The notes: generated by a model not told the origin, from the letters alone. DNA of 64,000 bases from an uncultured Clostridia bacterium (GCA_947166135.1 CAMVDB010000002.1:14189-78188); one strand, 5' to 3'. Counted from the stretch's first letter, positions 1 through 12,662 are shown. Translations and numbers: made by a program.

Positions 1-1
1 G

Positions 2-274
2 CTCTCAAAGATCGAGCTAGAGGATCGCATCCATCGAGCTCTCGGCACATTGAAGAGCGCTCTGCTGATGGATCACAACGAGGCGATGACGCTGCTGTCA
101 CTTGTCAGACTGGGAGTCAGCGCAAAGAAGCTCGAGACCCTCTCGACCGACAGCATCGACAGGCTGATTGTCGAAATACAGCCCGCGTCAATTATGACGC
201 GATTCGGTGAGGATCTCTCACCCCGCGACCGCGATATCAAGCGCGCGGAAATAATCAGAAATAAATTTGAATAA
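2..274 (+). CDS. mcsB: Protein arginine kinase McsB, C-terminal fragment (5' end outside the window)
   Basis: Frame is open from base 2: ..LEDRIHRALGTLKSALLMDHNEAMTLLSLVRLG..QPASI..RDIKRAEIIR, the typical McsB C-terminus. Lies directly upstream of clpC. Confidence 0.85.
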   Translation, partial: LSKIELEDRIHRALGTLKSALLMDHNEAMTLLSLVRLGVSAKKLETLSTDSIDRLIVEIQPASIMTRFGEDLSPRDRDIKRAEIIRNKFE

Positions 275-320
275 TTAGTATAATGATTAATTGCCTTCGG
301 CATCAAAGGAGGTTAGGTAT

Positions 321-2750
<2,430 letters not shown>

Positions 2751-2793
2751 TCAGAATTAAAGGCAATTCGAAATAAGAATAATAAATGATATA

Positions 2794-2826
2794 ACAAAGC
2801 CCGAGCCTTTGCGGTTCGGGCTTTGT
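2794..2826. terminator. Bidirectional intrinsic terminator between clpC and tarJ
   Basis: ACAAAGCCCGA...TCGGGCTTTGT inverted repeat between convergent genes. Confidence 0.8.
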
Positions 2827-2828
2827 CG

Positions 2829-3851
2829 TTATAGATTCCAGTGTAAGATCGTTTTACCGTAAGCCTTCTTGATATCTGTCTCGAAGGCTTTTTTGATGTC
2901 GGAGAATTGATCGATCTCGACGGTGTTGCCGACGAGACGGCTCAGATAGAGCGGGATCTCCGGATGCTTGCAGTAGAGCGAGACGGTGGTGCGGAAATCA
3001 TCACGACCCGACCGGCTCGTACCGAAGAGCCGAAGCCCCTTTTCGAGAATCATGCGTGTATTGATCGCGACAGGATATTCGCTGACGCCGAGGATCGAAA
3101 TGGTGCCCTCCGGGCGTATCAGACCGATGATCTGCTCGATCGCGATCGGCGAGCCGTTGCCGCCGACACACTCGAAGGCGTGGTCGATCTGCATTTCCGT
3201 GGGGATCTCGGTTGTCAGGAAGGTGCCGTCTGCGAAGGAGAAGTCGGAGAGCTTCTCGCGGTTGATGCCGAAGATATAGATTTTTGATTTCGGCTGCATG
3301 TATCTGAGTAGGAGCGAAGTGATGAAGGCGAGGTTTCCGTCGCCCCATACGCCGATGATGTCGCGGCGCTCGTGAGCGATCTTCTTAAAGCGGCTGATAG
3401 CGTGCACGCTGACGGATACCAGCTCAGTGAACGCGGCGACGTCGAGGTCGATCCCGTAGGGGAGCTTGACCAGTCGCTCGGGGGTGATGCTGTAGTACTC
3501 CTGCATGAAGCCGTCGGCAGAGCTGCCGCAGAACTTGCTGGAGCGCAGATAATTTTCGGCGATCGTATCGTCTCTTTCGGTGGGAATATTGGGTACCATC
3601 ACCACACGGTCGCCGGGGGTAAAGCTTTCGGTAGCGTCGTAAACGACCTGTCCGATCGCCTCATGGATCAGCGCCATCGGGAGTTTTTCGCGGAGCACCT
3701 TCGGGTCGCGGGTCCCCTGATAGTACCGCTGGTCGGCGTTGCATATAGAGAGGTGGGTGGGGCGGACGATCACGCCGCTGTTCATCCCGATCTCGCTGAA
3801 CGCGATCTCGAACCTGCGCGGAGCGCACAGGCGGTAGACTGTATTGATCAT
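2829..3851 (-). CDS. tarJ: Ribulose-5-phosphate reductase (zinc-binding alcohol dehydrogenase family)
   Basis: SICNADQRYYQG, LPMALIHEAIG and GVWGDGNL motifs. Overlaps the tarI stop. Confidence 0.88.
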   Translation of the reverse strand: MINTVYRLCAPRRFEIAFSEIGMNSGVIVRPTHLSICNADQRYYQGTRDPKVLREKLPMALIHEAIGQVVYDATESFTPGDRVVMVPNIPTERDDTIAENYLRSSKFCGSSADGFMQEYYSITPERLVKLPYGIDLDVAAFTELVSVSVHAISRFKKIAHERRDIIGVWGDGNLAFITSLLLRYMQPKSKIYIFGINREKLSDFSFADGTFLTTEIPTEMQIDHAFECVGGNGSPIAIEQIIGLIRPEGTISILGVSEYPVAINTRMILEKGLRLFGTSRSGRDDFRTTVSLYCKHPEIPLYLSRLVGNTVEIDQFSDIKKAFETDIKKAYGKTILHWNL

Positions 3852-4558
3852 CGCGCGTCCTCATCTTCCAGCAGGGAGCGGGCAATACGCAGATCATAGG
3901 GATAGGTGATCTTGATGTTGAAGGTCTCGCCCTGCACGAGCTTTACGTCCATGCCCTTCATGACCAGGATCTTCGCCGCGTCGGTGAGGATCTCCTTTTC
4001 CTCGTCGCTCAGGCTCATGTAGGTATCACGCAGAAGCTTCGCCTTGAAGCTCTGCGGCGTCTGACCCTGATACATCAGTCGACGGTCGGGGATCGCGGTG
4101 ATCTTGTCGTTTTTGCCTTCGACGATGGTATCGGTGGCGGGGATGACGGTATCGCACGCGCCGCAGCTGAGAGCTGTTTTTATATTTTCTTCGATGATCC
4201 GATGTGTGACAAACGGACGAACGCTGTCGTGGGTCACGATCACGGTATCATCGTCGAGTGTGTAGTGCTCGTCGATATAGGCAATCGCGTTCATGATGGT
4301 CTCGTTACGGGTCTTGCCGCCTTCGATGACCGCGATCCGATCGCTCATGCCGGTATATTTGCGAATGATCTCTTTGGTATGTCCCAGCCACGCGCGCGGA
4401 GAGAGGACGATGATCTTCTCGAAGGCGGGGTTGGGAAGGAATTTTTCCAGAGTATGGTTCAGGATCGGCTTGCCCTTGATCTCCAAGAACTGCTTGGGCA
4501 TGTCGGTCGAACCCATGCGCGAGCCGGTTCCGCCCGCTAAAATGACTGCAAAAATCAT
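3848..4558 (-). CDS. tarI: Ribitol-5-phosphate cytidylyltransferase (IspD/TarI family)
   Basis: ILAGGTGSRMG..PKQF, THDSVRPF, QGQTPQSF and NIKITYPYDL motifs. Adjacent to tarJ. Confidence 0.9.
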   Translation of the reverse strand: MIFAVILAGGTGSRMGSTDMPKQFLEIKGKPILNHTLEKFLPNPAFEKIIVLSPRAWLGHTKEIIRKYTGMSDRIAVIEGGKTRNETIMNAIAYIDEHYTLDDDTVIVTHDSVRPFVTHRIIEENIKTALSCGACDTVIPATDTIVEGKNDKITAIPDRRLMYQGQTPQSFKAKLLRDTYMSLSDEEKEILTDAAKILVMKGMDVKLVQGETFNIKITYPYDLRIARSLLEDEDAR

Positions 4559-4569
4559 AATGTTCTCCT

Positions 4570-6291
4570 TTATTTCAATTCACCCATGTAGTCGAAGTGG
4601 ATATCGCTGTTTTCTTCTATGTTACTGCCCAAATCAAGGCGGTAATAATCGTGGAACGGATTCTGCTCGCTCAACGGGAGCATCTCCATGTAGCTCTCGG
4701 TGTACCATGCGTTCAGGAAGTCTTTGTATCCGACGGGGATGAAGGTGTCTACATCGTCGAAACGATAGGGGATGACCTCCGAGAAGGTTTCGATGGGGAA
4801 GGTTCCGCGGTATTTATGGTCGGAGGAAGCGGGCATGACCCAACCGGTCTCCTTATGCTCGTATTTACGTACCGCCTTTTCGTATGATCGCGAATAGTCG
4901 TCCATCGAGCGCAGGCGAAGGATCGGCAGCAGCAGCTTGCTCAGCAGGTATGCCTTGCCCTTGCGGGCGGTATCCTTCCATCGCACGTTCATCAGCATGC
5001 GCTTGCGCATCAGATGCTTCCAGAAGCGGTATGCTGCCTTCGGATCGGCGGGCACATTATCGACAACGAAGATATCGACAGAGATACCCTTGTGCATTTC
5101 GTAGCCGTCGGAGTATTTTGAGGCGAAGTACGTGTCCTTCGCCGTGATCCGATCGAAAAAGTAGTGGTATCCGTTATGGTTGGTGTGGCTTTCGTAGCTG
5201 AATCGATTGTTTAATTCTTTTGGAGCAATTTGACGGAACTTTTCAAATTCCGATCTCAGCATGGCGACGTCAACGTCGTCATCCCACGGGATGAAGCCCC
5301 CGTGCCTGACGGCGCCCAACATCGTTCCGTAGCTGATGAAGTACTTGATATCATTCGCGCGGCATATTCGGTCAATCTCCCTGAGCATATCCTTTTCGAT
5401 CTCGCGCAGGGTATTGAGCTTGCCGCTGTAGCCGTCGTGGATACGGTCGGTCTGGATGCTGAACCGCTCCAGATGGTGGAGCAGGCTGTAACGCAGCGCA
5501 TCGGAGAAGGAACAAGCGTTCTCGTAACCGAGGGATTTCAGCTTGCCGTTGCTGATCGCGGCATATATCGGCTGAGTCGGCTCACCGCTGATCTGTAATT
5601 GTATCCCGTGACGCGCGAGCATGGTGTAGACCTCGCTTCTGAGCTCGTATTCACTGAGGTAGAAGGATGAGGCGTTGTAGGCGTTGCCGGGATGTCCGAG
5701 CTTACTGACGGTATAGACCGCGTCGATCGCGTCGCTGATATACAGCGCCGAGGTGTAGCGGTTCGCCATGCTCTGGGTTAGGCTGACAGTGCGGTCATTC
5801 TGTGCTTCCTTCGCGATATCCGCTAGATCAAAGCAGTCGAAATCGGCGCTGAATATTCTATCAAAGAATAATAAACAGGCGTCGCTATATGTGCCGAGTA
5901 ACTCTCTGAGACCGCCGAGACGATCATTCATCACGGTCAACAGCTCCATCTCGGCATATTTCTGAATGGTATCACCGGCTGGAATATTCGATAAAAGAAT
6001 AATAACAACCAGCCTCGCATGGCTTTTCTCGCACAAAGCGATCGCACTTTTGATATCATCCTCGTCAATGCGATCCTCCTCGGCAATATACCATAAACGG
6101 CTAAAGCCGCCGTTGATCGCAGCGGCGGCAGGGTAGAGGGGAGCTTCACTCCCGAGATATTTTGTTGTAGCCTTGAGATATTCAGCGCAGTGATGGGTGC
6201 CGACGATGGCGACGCCGTCCTGCTGCAGCCCCTTGCTCTTGATGTAGCGGGCGCTCATGTATATCTCGTTCTTGAAAACGGTTTCAATCAT
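4570..6291 (-). CDS. licD: LicD-family phosphotransferase fused to a degenerate N-terminal NAD-dependent epimerase/dehydratase-like domain
   Basis: C-terminal half has YFISYGTMLGAVRHGGFIPWDDDVDVAMLR and ISVDIFVVD (LicD). N-terminal half resembles an extended-SDR C-terminus (LYISDAIDAVY..GNAYNAS..KLKSLGY). Confidence 0.8.
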   Translation of the reverse strand: MIETVFKNEIYMSARYIKSKGLQQDGVAIVGTHHCAEYLKATTKYLGSEAPLYPAAAAINGGFSRLWYIAEEDRIDEDDIKSAIALCEKSHARLVVIILLSNIPAGDTIQKYAEMELLTVMNDRLGGLRELLGTYSDACLLFFDRIFSADFDCFDLADIAKEAQNDRTVSLTQSMANRYTSALYISDAIDAVYTVSKLGHPGNAYNASSFYLSEYELRSEVYTMLARHGIQLQISGEPTQPIYAAISNGKLKSLGYENACSFSDALRYSLLHHLERFSIQTDRIHDGYSGKLNTLREIEKDMLREIDRICRANDIKYFISYGTMLGAVRHGGFIPWDDDVDVAMLRSEFEKFRQIAPKELNNRFSYESHTNHNGYHYFFDRITAKDTYFASKYSDGYEMHKGISVDIFVVDNVPADPKAAYRFWKHLMRKRMLMNVRWKDTARKGKAYLLSKLLLPILRLRSMDDYSRSYEKAVRKYEHKETGWVMPASSDHKYRGTFPIETFSEVIPYRFDDVDTFIPVGYKDFLNAWYTESYMEMLPLSEQNPFHDYYRLDLGSNIEENSDIHFDYMGELK

Positions 6292-6303
6292 AGGATAAAA
6301 CGA

Positions 6304-7116
6304 TTATTTCTTTTCTGCTGATTTTTTCTCTTCCGCGGCTTTCTTCTCGGCGTCCTTCTTTTTCTTCTCGGCCGCCTTTTTAGCCTTTTCCTCTTCCTTG
6401 ACCTTCTTATACATGTTGAAAGCCTCGTGTACCTCGCCGTCGAACATCAGTTGCCCCTTCCTCAGATACAGGGCGCGGTCGCAGATCTCGATGACGGATT
6501 CGGGGTTATGGCTGACGTAGAGGACGGTGGTGCCGCTCGCAATGATATCGTTGATCTTATCCTTACACTTGCGCTTGAAGCTTGCGTCACCCACGGATAA
6601 CGCCTCGTCGACGACGAGGATATCCGGGTCGATATTGACGTTGATCGCAAAGCCCAAACGCATTTTCATACCGCTCGAATAGGTTCGGACGGGTTGGTCG
6701 ATATAGTCGCCGAGCTGAGCAAAATCAATGATACGCTCCTCAATCTCGCGGATATATGCGTCCTTGAGTCCGAGAATGTAGCCCTTGAGGTAGATGTTCT
6801 CTCTACCGGTCATCTCGGTGGAGAAGCCCGCGGTCAGCTCGAGCAGCGCCGCGACCTTACCGCCGACGTATACCTCGCCCTCACTGGGGAAGGCAACGCC
6901 GGTGATCATCTTGAGGATGGTGGATTTACCCGCGCCGTTATCGCCGATGATACCGATACTCTCGCCGCGGTGGACATCGAAGGTGACGTTTTTGAGCGCC
7001 TTGTTGATCTTTGCGCCCTTGGGCTTGAAGAACAGCGCGCGGAAGCGCTCGCGGTCGTTTTTATACAGGGTGTATTCCTTACTTACGTTCTTGAAAGAGA
7101 TAATTGCTTCTGACAT
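6304..7116 (-). CDS. tagH: Teichoic acid/polysaccharide ABC exporter ATP-binding protein
   Basis: GDNGAGKST, YSSGMKMRLGF and ILVVDEALSVGD motifs. Lys/Glu/Ala-rich C-terminal tail. Confidence 0.85.
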   Translation of the reverse strand: MSEAIISFKNVSKEYTLYKNDRERFRALFFKPKGAKINKALKNVTFDVHRGESIGIIGDNGAGKSTILKMITGVAFPSEGEVYVGGKVAALLELTAGFSTEMTGRENIYLKGYILGLKDAYIREIEERIIDFAQLGDYIDQPVRTYSSGMKMRLGFAINVNIDPDILVVDEALSVGDASFKRKCKDKINDIIASGTTVLYVSHNPESVIEICDRALYLRKGQLMFDGEVHEAFNMYKKVKEEEKAKKAAEKKKKDAEKKAAEEKKSAEKK

Positions 7117-7128
7117 GATATTACCTCC

Positions 7129-8022
7129 TTACAGTACGTCGGGCAGTCTCTTGCGCAGACGGTTGTAGTTGAAGATGCCCAGGAGAATAACGACAAGGAA
7201 CTCAGCGAGGAAGATGAACAGCTCGGTCTTATACTCCCAGAACCAGCGGTGATACAAGAAGCAGTTGCGGTAGCCGTTCGCGAAGAAGTTGATCGGGTTG
7301 AACATCATTAACTTTCTGATCCAGTCTGCGGGAGGATTCTTGCCGGTCAGCAGGTAGGAGTCGTAGATGATACCGGACAGCCAGAAGATACCCGACATGA
7401 CGGATACGATCATGTTCTCAAAGTCGCGCGAGAAAGCGGACATCGGCGCTGTCGACCATGACAGTACGAGAAAGAAGATGAACATCAGCGGCATGTAGAA
7501 GAATATCTGCAGGTTATAGACGCTCGGCATGATGCCCGCCGTGACCTCCTCGGCGCCCGGCAGCTTGATGGTGCCGCCGACGAAGCAGAGGTAGATGTAC
7601 ATCAGTACGGTCAGAAAGATATGGACGTAGAGTCTTGCGACCGAGGTGTAGGTCATAATGGTCGATACCGGGAAGCTGACCTTGTTGACGAACTGGCGGT
7701 TCTCGCGGATGGACTTCGCGCCCTGTACGATGCTCTCGTTGATGAAGAACCACGGGATGAAGCCGACCAGCATGAACAGGAATCGGCTGTACTCGAAGGT
7801 ACCGCCCGCATGTCCCAGCTCCGGGAAGATGACCTTGACGTTACCGGCGCTCTTGAGACCTACCTCGAAGGCGAACCAGTAGACGAACAGGGTAAACAGC
7901 GGCTTGACGACGCTCCACAGAGGACCGATGACCGCGCCCTTGTACTTTTTGATCAGCTCGTTCTTCGCCAGGAGCATGATTTGCTTACCAAACCCCCGGT
8001 GTTCTTGAAATATCTGAAACAT
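7129..8022 (-). CDS. tagG: Teichoic acid/polysaccharide ABC exporter permease
   Basis: LAKNELIKKYKGAVIGPLWSVVKP, GFIPWFFINESI and FNPINFFANGYR motifs. AGGAGA RBS precedes the ATG at 8022. Confidence 0.82.
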   Translation of the reverse strand: MFQIFQEHRGFGKQIMLLAKNELIKKYKGAVIGPLWSVVKPLFTLFVYWFAFEVGLKSAGNVKVIFPELGHAGGTFEYSRFLFMLVGFIPWFFINESIVQGAKSIRENRQFVNKVSFPVSTIMTYTSVARLYVHIFLTVLMYIYLCFVGGTIKLPGAEEVTAGIMPSVYNLQIFFYMPLMFIFFLVLSWSTAPMSAFSRDFENMIVSVMSGIFWLSGIIYDSYLLTGKNPPADWIRKLMMFNPINFFANGYRNCFLYHRWFWEYKTELFIFLAEFLVVILLGIFNYNRLRKRLPDVL

Positions 8023-8193
8023 AAAACTCTCCTTACAGGTGCCGATGGGAAAATCTGCCTGAAATACGGCACCACACAGATACAAATATTATAACTTATC
8101 TGCGTAAAAAGTCAATATCATATGATTCTATATAATAGTAGAATTATCGACGTTATTTTAGTGATTATTTCGAGAGAATTTCAGCACTTTATA

Positions 8194-8222
8194 TTGACAA
8201 AGTACGACGTGAAATATATAAT
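8194..8222 (+). promoter_or_regulatory. SigA-type promoter of potABCD
   Basis: TTGACA-17 bp-TATAAT consensus. Confidence 0.75.
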
Positions 8223-8314
8223 TTGAAAATGACGCTTTGCGATAGTATTCATGCTGTAAAGCGCAAAAGCGGTTGTTCGGATATGATCCGTTCAAAACTA
8301 AGGAGGTTAGATAG

Positions 8315-9718
8315 TTGAAGCAAAATGCAGTCGTATCCTTGAGGGATATCAATTTCAAGTATTCGAATGAGGTGATATTGAATAATATCAGCCTCGACAT
8401 ATTCGACAAGGAGTTCATCACGCTGCTCGGTCCGTCCGGCTGCGGAAAGACCACGACCCTGCGTATCATCGCGGGTTTTGAGACCCCGCAGAGCGGCGAG
8501 GTGTATTTTGAGGGGAAACAGATCAATGACCTGCCGCCCCACAAACGCAACGTGAACACGGTGTTCCAGAAGTACGCCCTGTTCCCGCATCTGAATGTGT
8601 TTGATAACGTTGCCTTCGGCTTAAAGCTGAAGAAGTTGTCGAAATCCGAAATCGAGCGGAAGGTAAAGCAGATGCTTGCTATCGTTGACCTCAAGGGCTA
8701 TGAGAAGCGTCCCGTACGCGAACTCTCCGGCGGCCAGCAGCAGCGAGTCGCTATCGCCCGCGCTCTGGTGTGCGACCCTAAGGTCGTCTTGCTCGACGAG
8801 CCGCTCGGCGCGCTCGACTTGAAGCTGAGAAAGGACATGCAGATCGAATTAAAGCAGCTTCAACAAAAGACCCAAAAGACTTTTGTATATGTTACCCATG
8901 ATCAGGAAGAGGCGCTGACCATGTCCGATCGCGTATGCGTTATGAACAACGGCGTGATCGCTCAGGTCGGTACTCCCGAAGATATTTATAATGAGCCGGC
9001 AAACGCTTTTGTCGCCGACTTCATCGGCGAGGCAAATATCATCAACGGCACCATGCTCGAGGACTGTAAGGTGCGTCTGCTCGGCGTCGAGCTCGACTGT
9101 GTGGATAAGGGCTTCGAGAAGAACAAGCCCGTCGACGTCGTGATCCGCCCCGAGGATATCGAGGTCGTCGCCCCCGATCGGGCGAAGCTCTCCGGCGTCG
9201 TCGAGGACGTTATCTTCAAGGGCGTCCATTTCGAGATCAGCGTGCGCTGCAACAACTGCCAGTGGCTGATCCACTCTACTGTCGCTCAGAAGGTGGGAGA
9301 CAGGATCGGTATGCGCGTTGATCCCTTCAACATCCATATCATGGATAAGATGTTCTTAAACCCCACGAATGATATTTTTACTGAGGTTTATTATTCTGAT
9401 AAAGAAAATAATACTACTACCTTCCTGCTCGAGGGCAGTGAGGTTACCATCCCCGATGTCTACTACAAGGAGGGGACAAAGCTCAAGATCGTCCTCCCGC
9501 CCGACGCGCTTTATATCGCGGGCGACGGCGTAGGACAGCTCGATGAGGTCTATATTGAGTCGGTTATATGGAAGGGTGAGCATAATGAGATCATCCTCGA
9601 GTCCGACGAGCGCAAGTGGATCATGCAGAGTGATATCGATGAGCAGGTAGCGACCTACGTTCCGCTTTGCTTCGATTTCAGTAAGGCTGAGATCAGCGAG
9701 GTAGCAGCCGATGAGTAG
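8315..9718 (+). CDS. potA: Spermidine/putrescine ABC transporter ATP-binding protein with extended C-terminus
   Basis: [19 protein letters not shown] and [14 protein letters not shown] motifs, plus a TOBE region. TTG start after AAGGAGG. Confidence 0.9.
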   Translation: MKQNAVVSLRDINFKYSNEVILNNISLDIFDKEFITLLGPSGCGKTTTLRIIAGFETPQSGEVYFEGKQINDLPPHKRNVNTVFQKYALFPHLNVFDNVAFGLKLKKLSKSEIERKVKQMLAIVDLKGYEKRPVRELSGGQQQRVAIARALVCDPKVVLLDEPLGALDLKLRKDMQIELKQLQQKTQKTFVYVTHDQEEALTMSDRVCVMNNGVIAQVGTPEDIYNEPANAFVADFIGEANIINGTMLEDCKVRLLGVELDCVDKGFEKNKPVDVVIRPEDIEVVAPDRAKLSGVVEDVIFKGVHFEISVRCNNCQWLIHSTVAQKVGDRIGMRVDPFNIHIMDKMFLNPTNDIFTEVYYSDKENNTTTFLLEGSEVTIPDVYYKEGTKLKIVLPPDALYIAGDGVGQLDEVYIESVIWKGEHNEIILESDERKWIMQSDIDEQVATYVPLCFDFSKAEISEVAADE

Positions 9719-10577
9719 TAATTCCACCGCTTCTGCTTCCGCTGCAAAGACGCGGGTCCCCGCCGCGCCGCACAAGCAACGTTCGTTTATGAAGTCAAAG
9801 CGCCCCGCGATCCCGTATCTCGGTTGGATGCTGATCTTCACCATCGTTCCGCTGGTGATGGTTGTCTACTATGCGTTTACCGATTCCAAGGGACATTTCT
9901 CTCTGGAAGCATTTGAAAACGCCTCCGTTTACAGCGAGGTTTTCCTGTATTCACTGTTGATCGCGCTGATTTCTACCGTGATCTGTCTGGTGCTCGCGTA
10001 CCCGCTGGCGTTCTCTATCTCACGCTGTTCTCAGCGCGCTCAGAGCACGATCGTTATGTTCCTGATGGTACCGATGTGGATGAACTTCCTGCTGCGTATC
10101 TATGCGTGGGTGCTGATTCTGCAGAACTACGGTCCGCTCGACATGATTCTCAACTTCTTCGGTATCGACATTACCCTGATCGGTAATTCCGGCGCTGTCA
10201 TTGTCGGCATGGTCTACGAGTTCCTGCCGTTTATGATCCTGCCTCTGCATACCGTTATGAGCAAGATCGATCCCTCGCTGATCGAAGCGGCTCAGGATCT
10301 GGGATGTAACAGGATCGGTGTATTCCGCAAGGTCATCTTCCCGCTGTCGATCCCGGGTATCATCTCCGGCGTGACAATGGTATTCGTTCCGACCGCGTCG
10401 ACTTTCCTCGTTGCTCAGTACCTCGGCGGCACCCAGTTCATGATCGGTGACGTCATTGAGCGAGTATTCCAGAGCGATCATCATACCGGTTCCGCGATCG
10501 CGGTGGTATTGATGGTGGTCATCCTCGGCTGTCTGGTCTTTATGAACCGATTCGGTGATGAGGAGGCGGTGAGCTGA
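9711..10577 (+). CDS. potB: Spermidine/putrescine ABC transporter permease
   Basis: [13 protein letters not shown] and LIEAAQDLG (EAA motif). Operon position. Confidence 0.88.
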   Translation: MSSNSTASASAAKTRVPAAPHKQRSFMKSKRPAIPYLGWMLIFTIVPLVMVVYYAFTDSKGHFSLEAFENASVYSEVFLYSLLIALISTVICLVLAYPLAFSISRCSQRAQSTIVMFLMVPMWMNFLLRIYAWVLILQNYGPLDMILNFFGIDITLIGNSGAVIVGMVYEFLPFMILPLHTVMSKIDPSLIEAAQDLGCNRIGVFRKVIFPLSIPGIISGVTMVFVPTASTFLVAQYLGGTQFMIGDVIERVFQSDHHTGSAIAVVLMVVILGCLVFMNRFGDEEAVS

Positions 10578-11368
10578 TGAAAAAGCTGAGTTCCAAGATC
10601 TATTTCGCCATCATCATGGCGTTCCTCTATCTGCCGATCATCTACCTGATCGCCTATTCCTTCAACGACGGCAAGACCTCCGTCTGGAAGGGCTTTACCT
10701 TCAAGTGGTATGAGGCGTTGTTCAACGACGCCCAGATCATGGGCAGCCTGTATAATACGTTGCTTGTCGCGATCCTCGCTTCGGTGATCTCTACGATCCT
10801 CGGAACCCTCGCGGCGATCGGCATCTATAATTTTAAGGGCGGTGTGCGCTCTGCAATCCAGAACGTGTCCAATATCCCGATCATCAACCCCGAGATCGTT
10901 ACGGGTGTATCGCTGATGCTCCTGTTCACCTTCGCCGGCGTGATGATGGGCTTTGAGATGGGCTTTTGGACGGTGCTGCTGGCGCATATCGGCTTCTGTA
11001 CGCCTTATGTGATCCTCAATGTCACCCCGCGGCTCAAGCAGATGGACAGCTCTCTGTATGAAGCGGCGCTCGACCTCGGCTGTTCGCCGATGCAGGCGTT
11101 CTTCAAGGTCGTGCTCCATGAGCTCTTGCCCGGAATTTTCTCCGGCTTCCTTATCAGCTTCACCTATTCGCTGGATGACTTCGTTATCACCTACTTTACC
11201 CGCGGCTCGCGATTCCAGACCTTGCCGATCCAGATCTACACCATGACCCACCAGCGTATCAATCCCAAGGCGAACGCCCTTTCGGCGCTGATGTTTGTTA
11301 TAGTCATTGCTATTCTGCTGACTTCGAACTTTGTTTCTGCACGCAGGGATAAGGAGGAAGCTCGATGA
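10577..11368 (+). CDS. potC: Spermidine/putrescine ABC transporter permease
   Basis: YLPIIYLIAYSFN, LYEAALDLG and SLDDFVIT motifs. Confidence 0.88.
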   Translation: MKKLSSKIYFAIIMAFLYLPIIYLIAYSFNDGKTSVWKGFTFKWYEALFNDAQIMGSLYNTLLVAILASVISTILGTLAAIGIYNFKGGVRSAIQNVSNIPIINPEIVTGVSLMLLFTFAGVMMGFEMGFWTVLLAHIGFCTPYVILNVTPRLKQMDSSLYEAALDLGCSPMQAFFKVVLHELLPGIFSGFLISFTYSLDDFVITYFTRGSRFQTLPIQIYTMTHQRINPKANALSALMFVIVIAILLTSNFVSARRDKEEAR

Positions 11369-12645
11369 AACGATTCTTTCTTTTGATCCTATCCGCGGCG
11401 ATCCTGCTGCCTGTGCTTGCGCTTTCCGCCTGCTCTTCGGGTAACTCCGGCGCGACAGGCGACGAGGCGGATTATGATGGCGGCTATCAGGGTGAAGTCA
11501 ACGTCTATAACTGGGGTGAATACGTTTCTCCCGGTGACGACGGTATGTTGGATGTTATCGCTGAGTTTCAGAAGCGCTATCATATTAAGGTCAATTATAC
11601 CAACTTTGAAACAAACGAGGAGTTATACAACGTACTGACCAATTCCAACTCCACTTATGACGTGATCTTCCCCTCCGACTACATGGTTGCGCGTCTGCGC
11701 GAGGAGGGTATGCTCGCAAAGCTCGATTTCAGCAATATCCCGAACTACAAGTATATCGATGATCGTTTCAAGAATATGGCTTATGACCCCGATAACGAAT
11801 ACAGTGTGCCGTATACCTGGGGCTTTGTCGCGATCGGCTATAATACCAAGATGATTGAAGAGGGCTCTATCACGGGCTTCAAGGATATGTGGGATCCAAA
11901 GTATAAGGACGACGGTATCCTGATGTTCAACAACTCCCGTGACGCGATGGCGATCGCCATGCAGCTTTGCGATCCGCCGATTGATCCGGGTTCTACGACC
12001 TTTACCCGCGAGGACATTGATCGCGCGACTCAGAAGCTGATCGACGAGAAGCCTGTGCTGAAGAAATACGTCATGGATCAGGTGTTCACTGAAATGGAGG
12101 GCAGTCAGAGCGGTCTGTGCGCCTACTACGCCGGCGACATCATGACTATGATGGATAATAACGAGGATCTGACCTATTGTCTGCCTGAGGAGGGCTCGAA
12201 CCTCTTCAACGACGCGATGTGCATCCCCGCGAACTGTAAGAACAAGGAGAACGCCGAGCTGTTCATCGACTTTATGTGCGAACCCGAGATCGCGGCAGCC
12301 AACGCGGAGTATATCTGCTACGGCACGCCTAACACCGGCGCGCTCGAGCTGCTCGATGAGGAGATCGTTTCCTCCGAGCTGTTCAACCCGCCGCAGGAGT
12401 ATCTCGATAAGTGCTACACCTTCTCGAATATCGACGATGATATCTACGCGTATATGCAGAAGCGCTTTGTCGAAGCCTGCTCTGCCTCCGCGGAGGTCAG
12501 CAGCGTTGAGAAAAAGACGGTCAATCCCGCCGCCGTATGGGGCGTGGGGATCATCCTTCTGGTGATCATTATCGCGACCGTATGTATCATTGTGCTCGAT
12601 ATCCGCCGCGCGGTCAAAAACCGCGGTAGGATCTTCAAAAGATAA
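11365..12645 (+). CDS. potD: Spermidine/putrescine-binding lipoprotein with an extra C-terminal transmembrane helix
   Basis: Lipobox LSAC; NVYNWGEY, YDVIFPSDY and YSVPYTWG motifs; hydrophobic C-terminal helix followed by basic residues. Confidence 0.88.
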   Translation: MKRFFLLILSAAILLPVLALSACSSGNSGATGDEADYDGGYQGEVNVYNWGEYVSPGDDGMLDVIAEFQKRYHIKVNYTNFETNEELYNVLTNSNSTYDVIFPSDYMVARLREEGMLAKLDFSNIPNYKYIDDRFKNMAYDPDNEYSVPYTWGFVAIGYNTKMIEEGSITGFKDMWDPKYKDDGILMFNNSRDAMAIAMQLCDPPIDPGSTTFTREDIDRATQKLIDEKPVLKKYVMDQVFTEMEGSQSGLCAYYAGDIMTMMDNNEDLTYCLPEEGSNLFNDAMCIPANCKNKENAELFIDFMCEPEIAAANAEYICYGTPNTGALELLDEEIVSSELFNPPQEYLDKCYTFSNIDDDIYAYMQKRFVEACSASAEVSSVEKKTVNPAAVWGVGIILLVIIIATVCIIVLDIRRAVKNRGRIFKR

Positions 12646-12662
12646 TAATTCTAATTAAGAAA

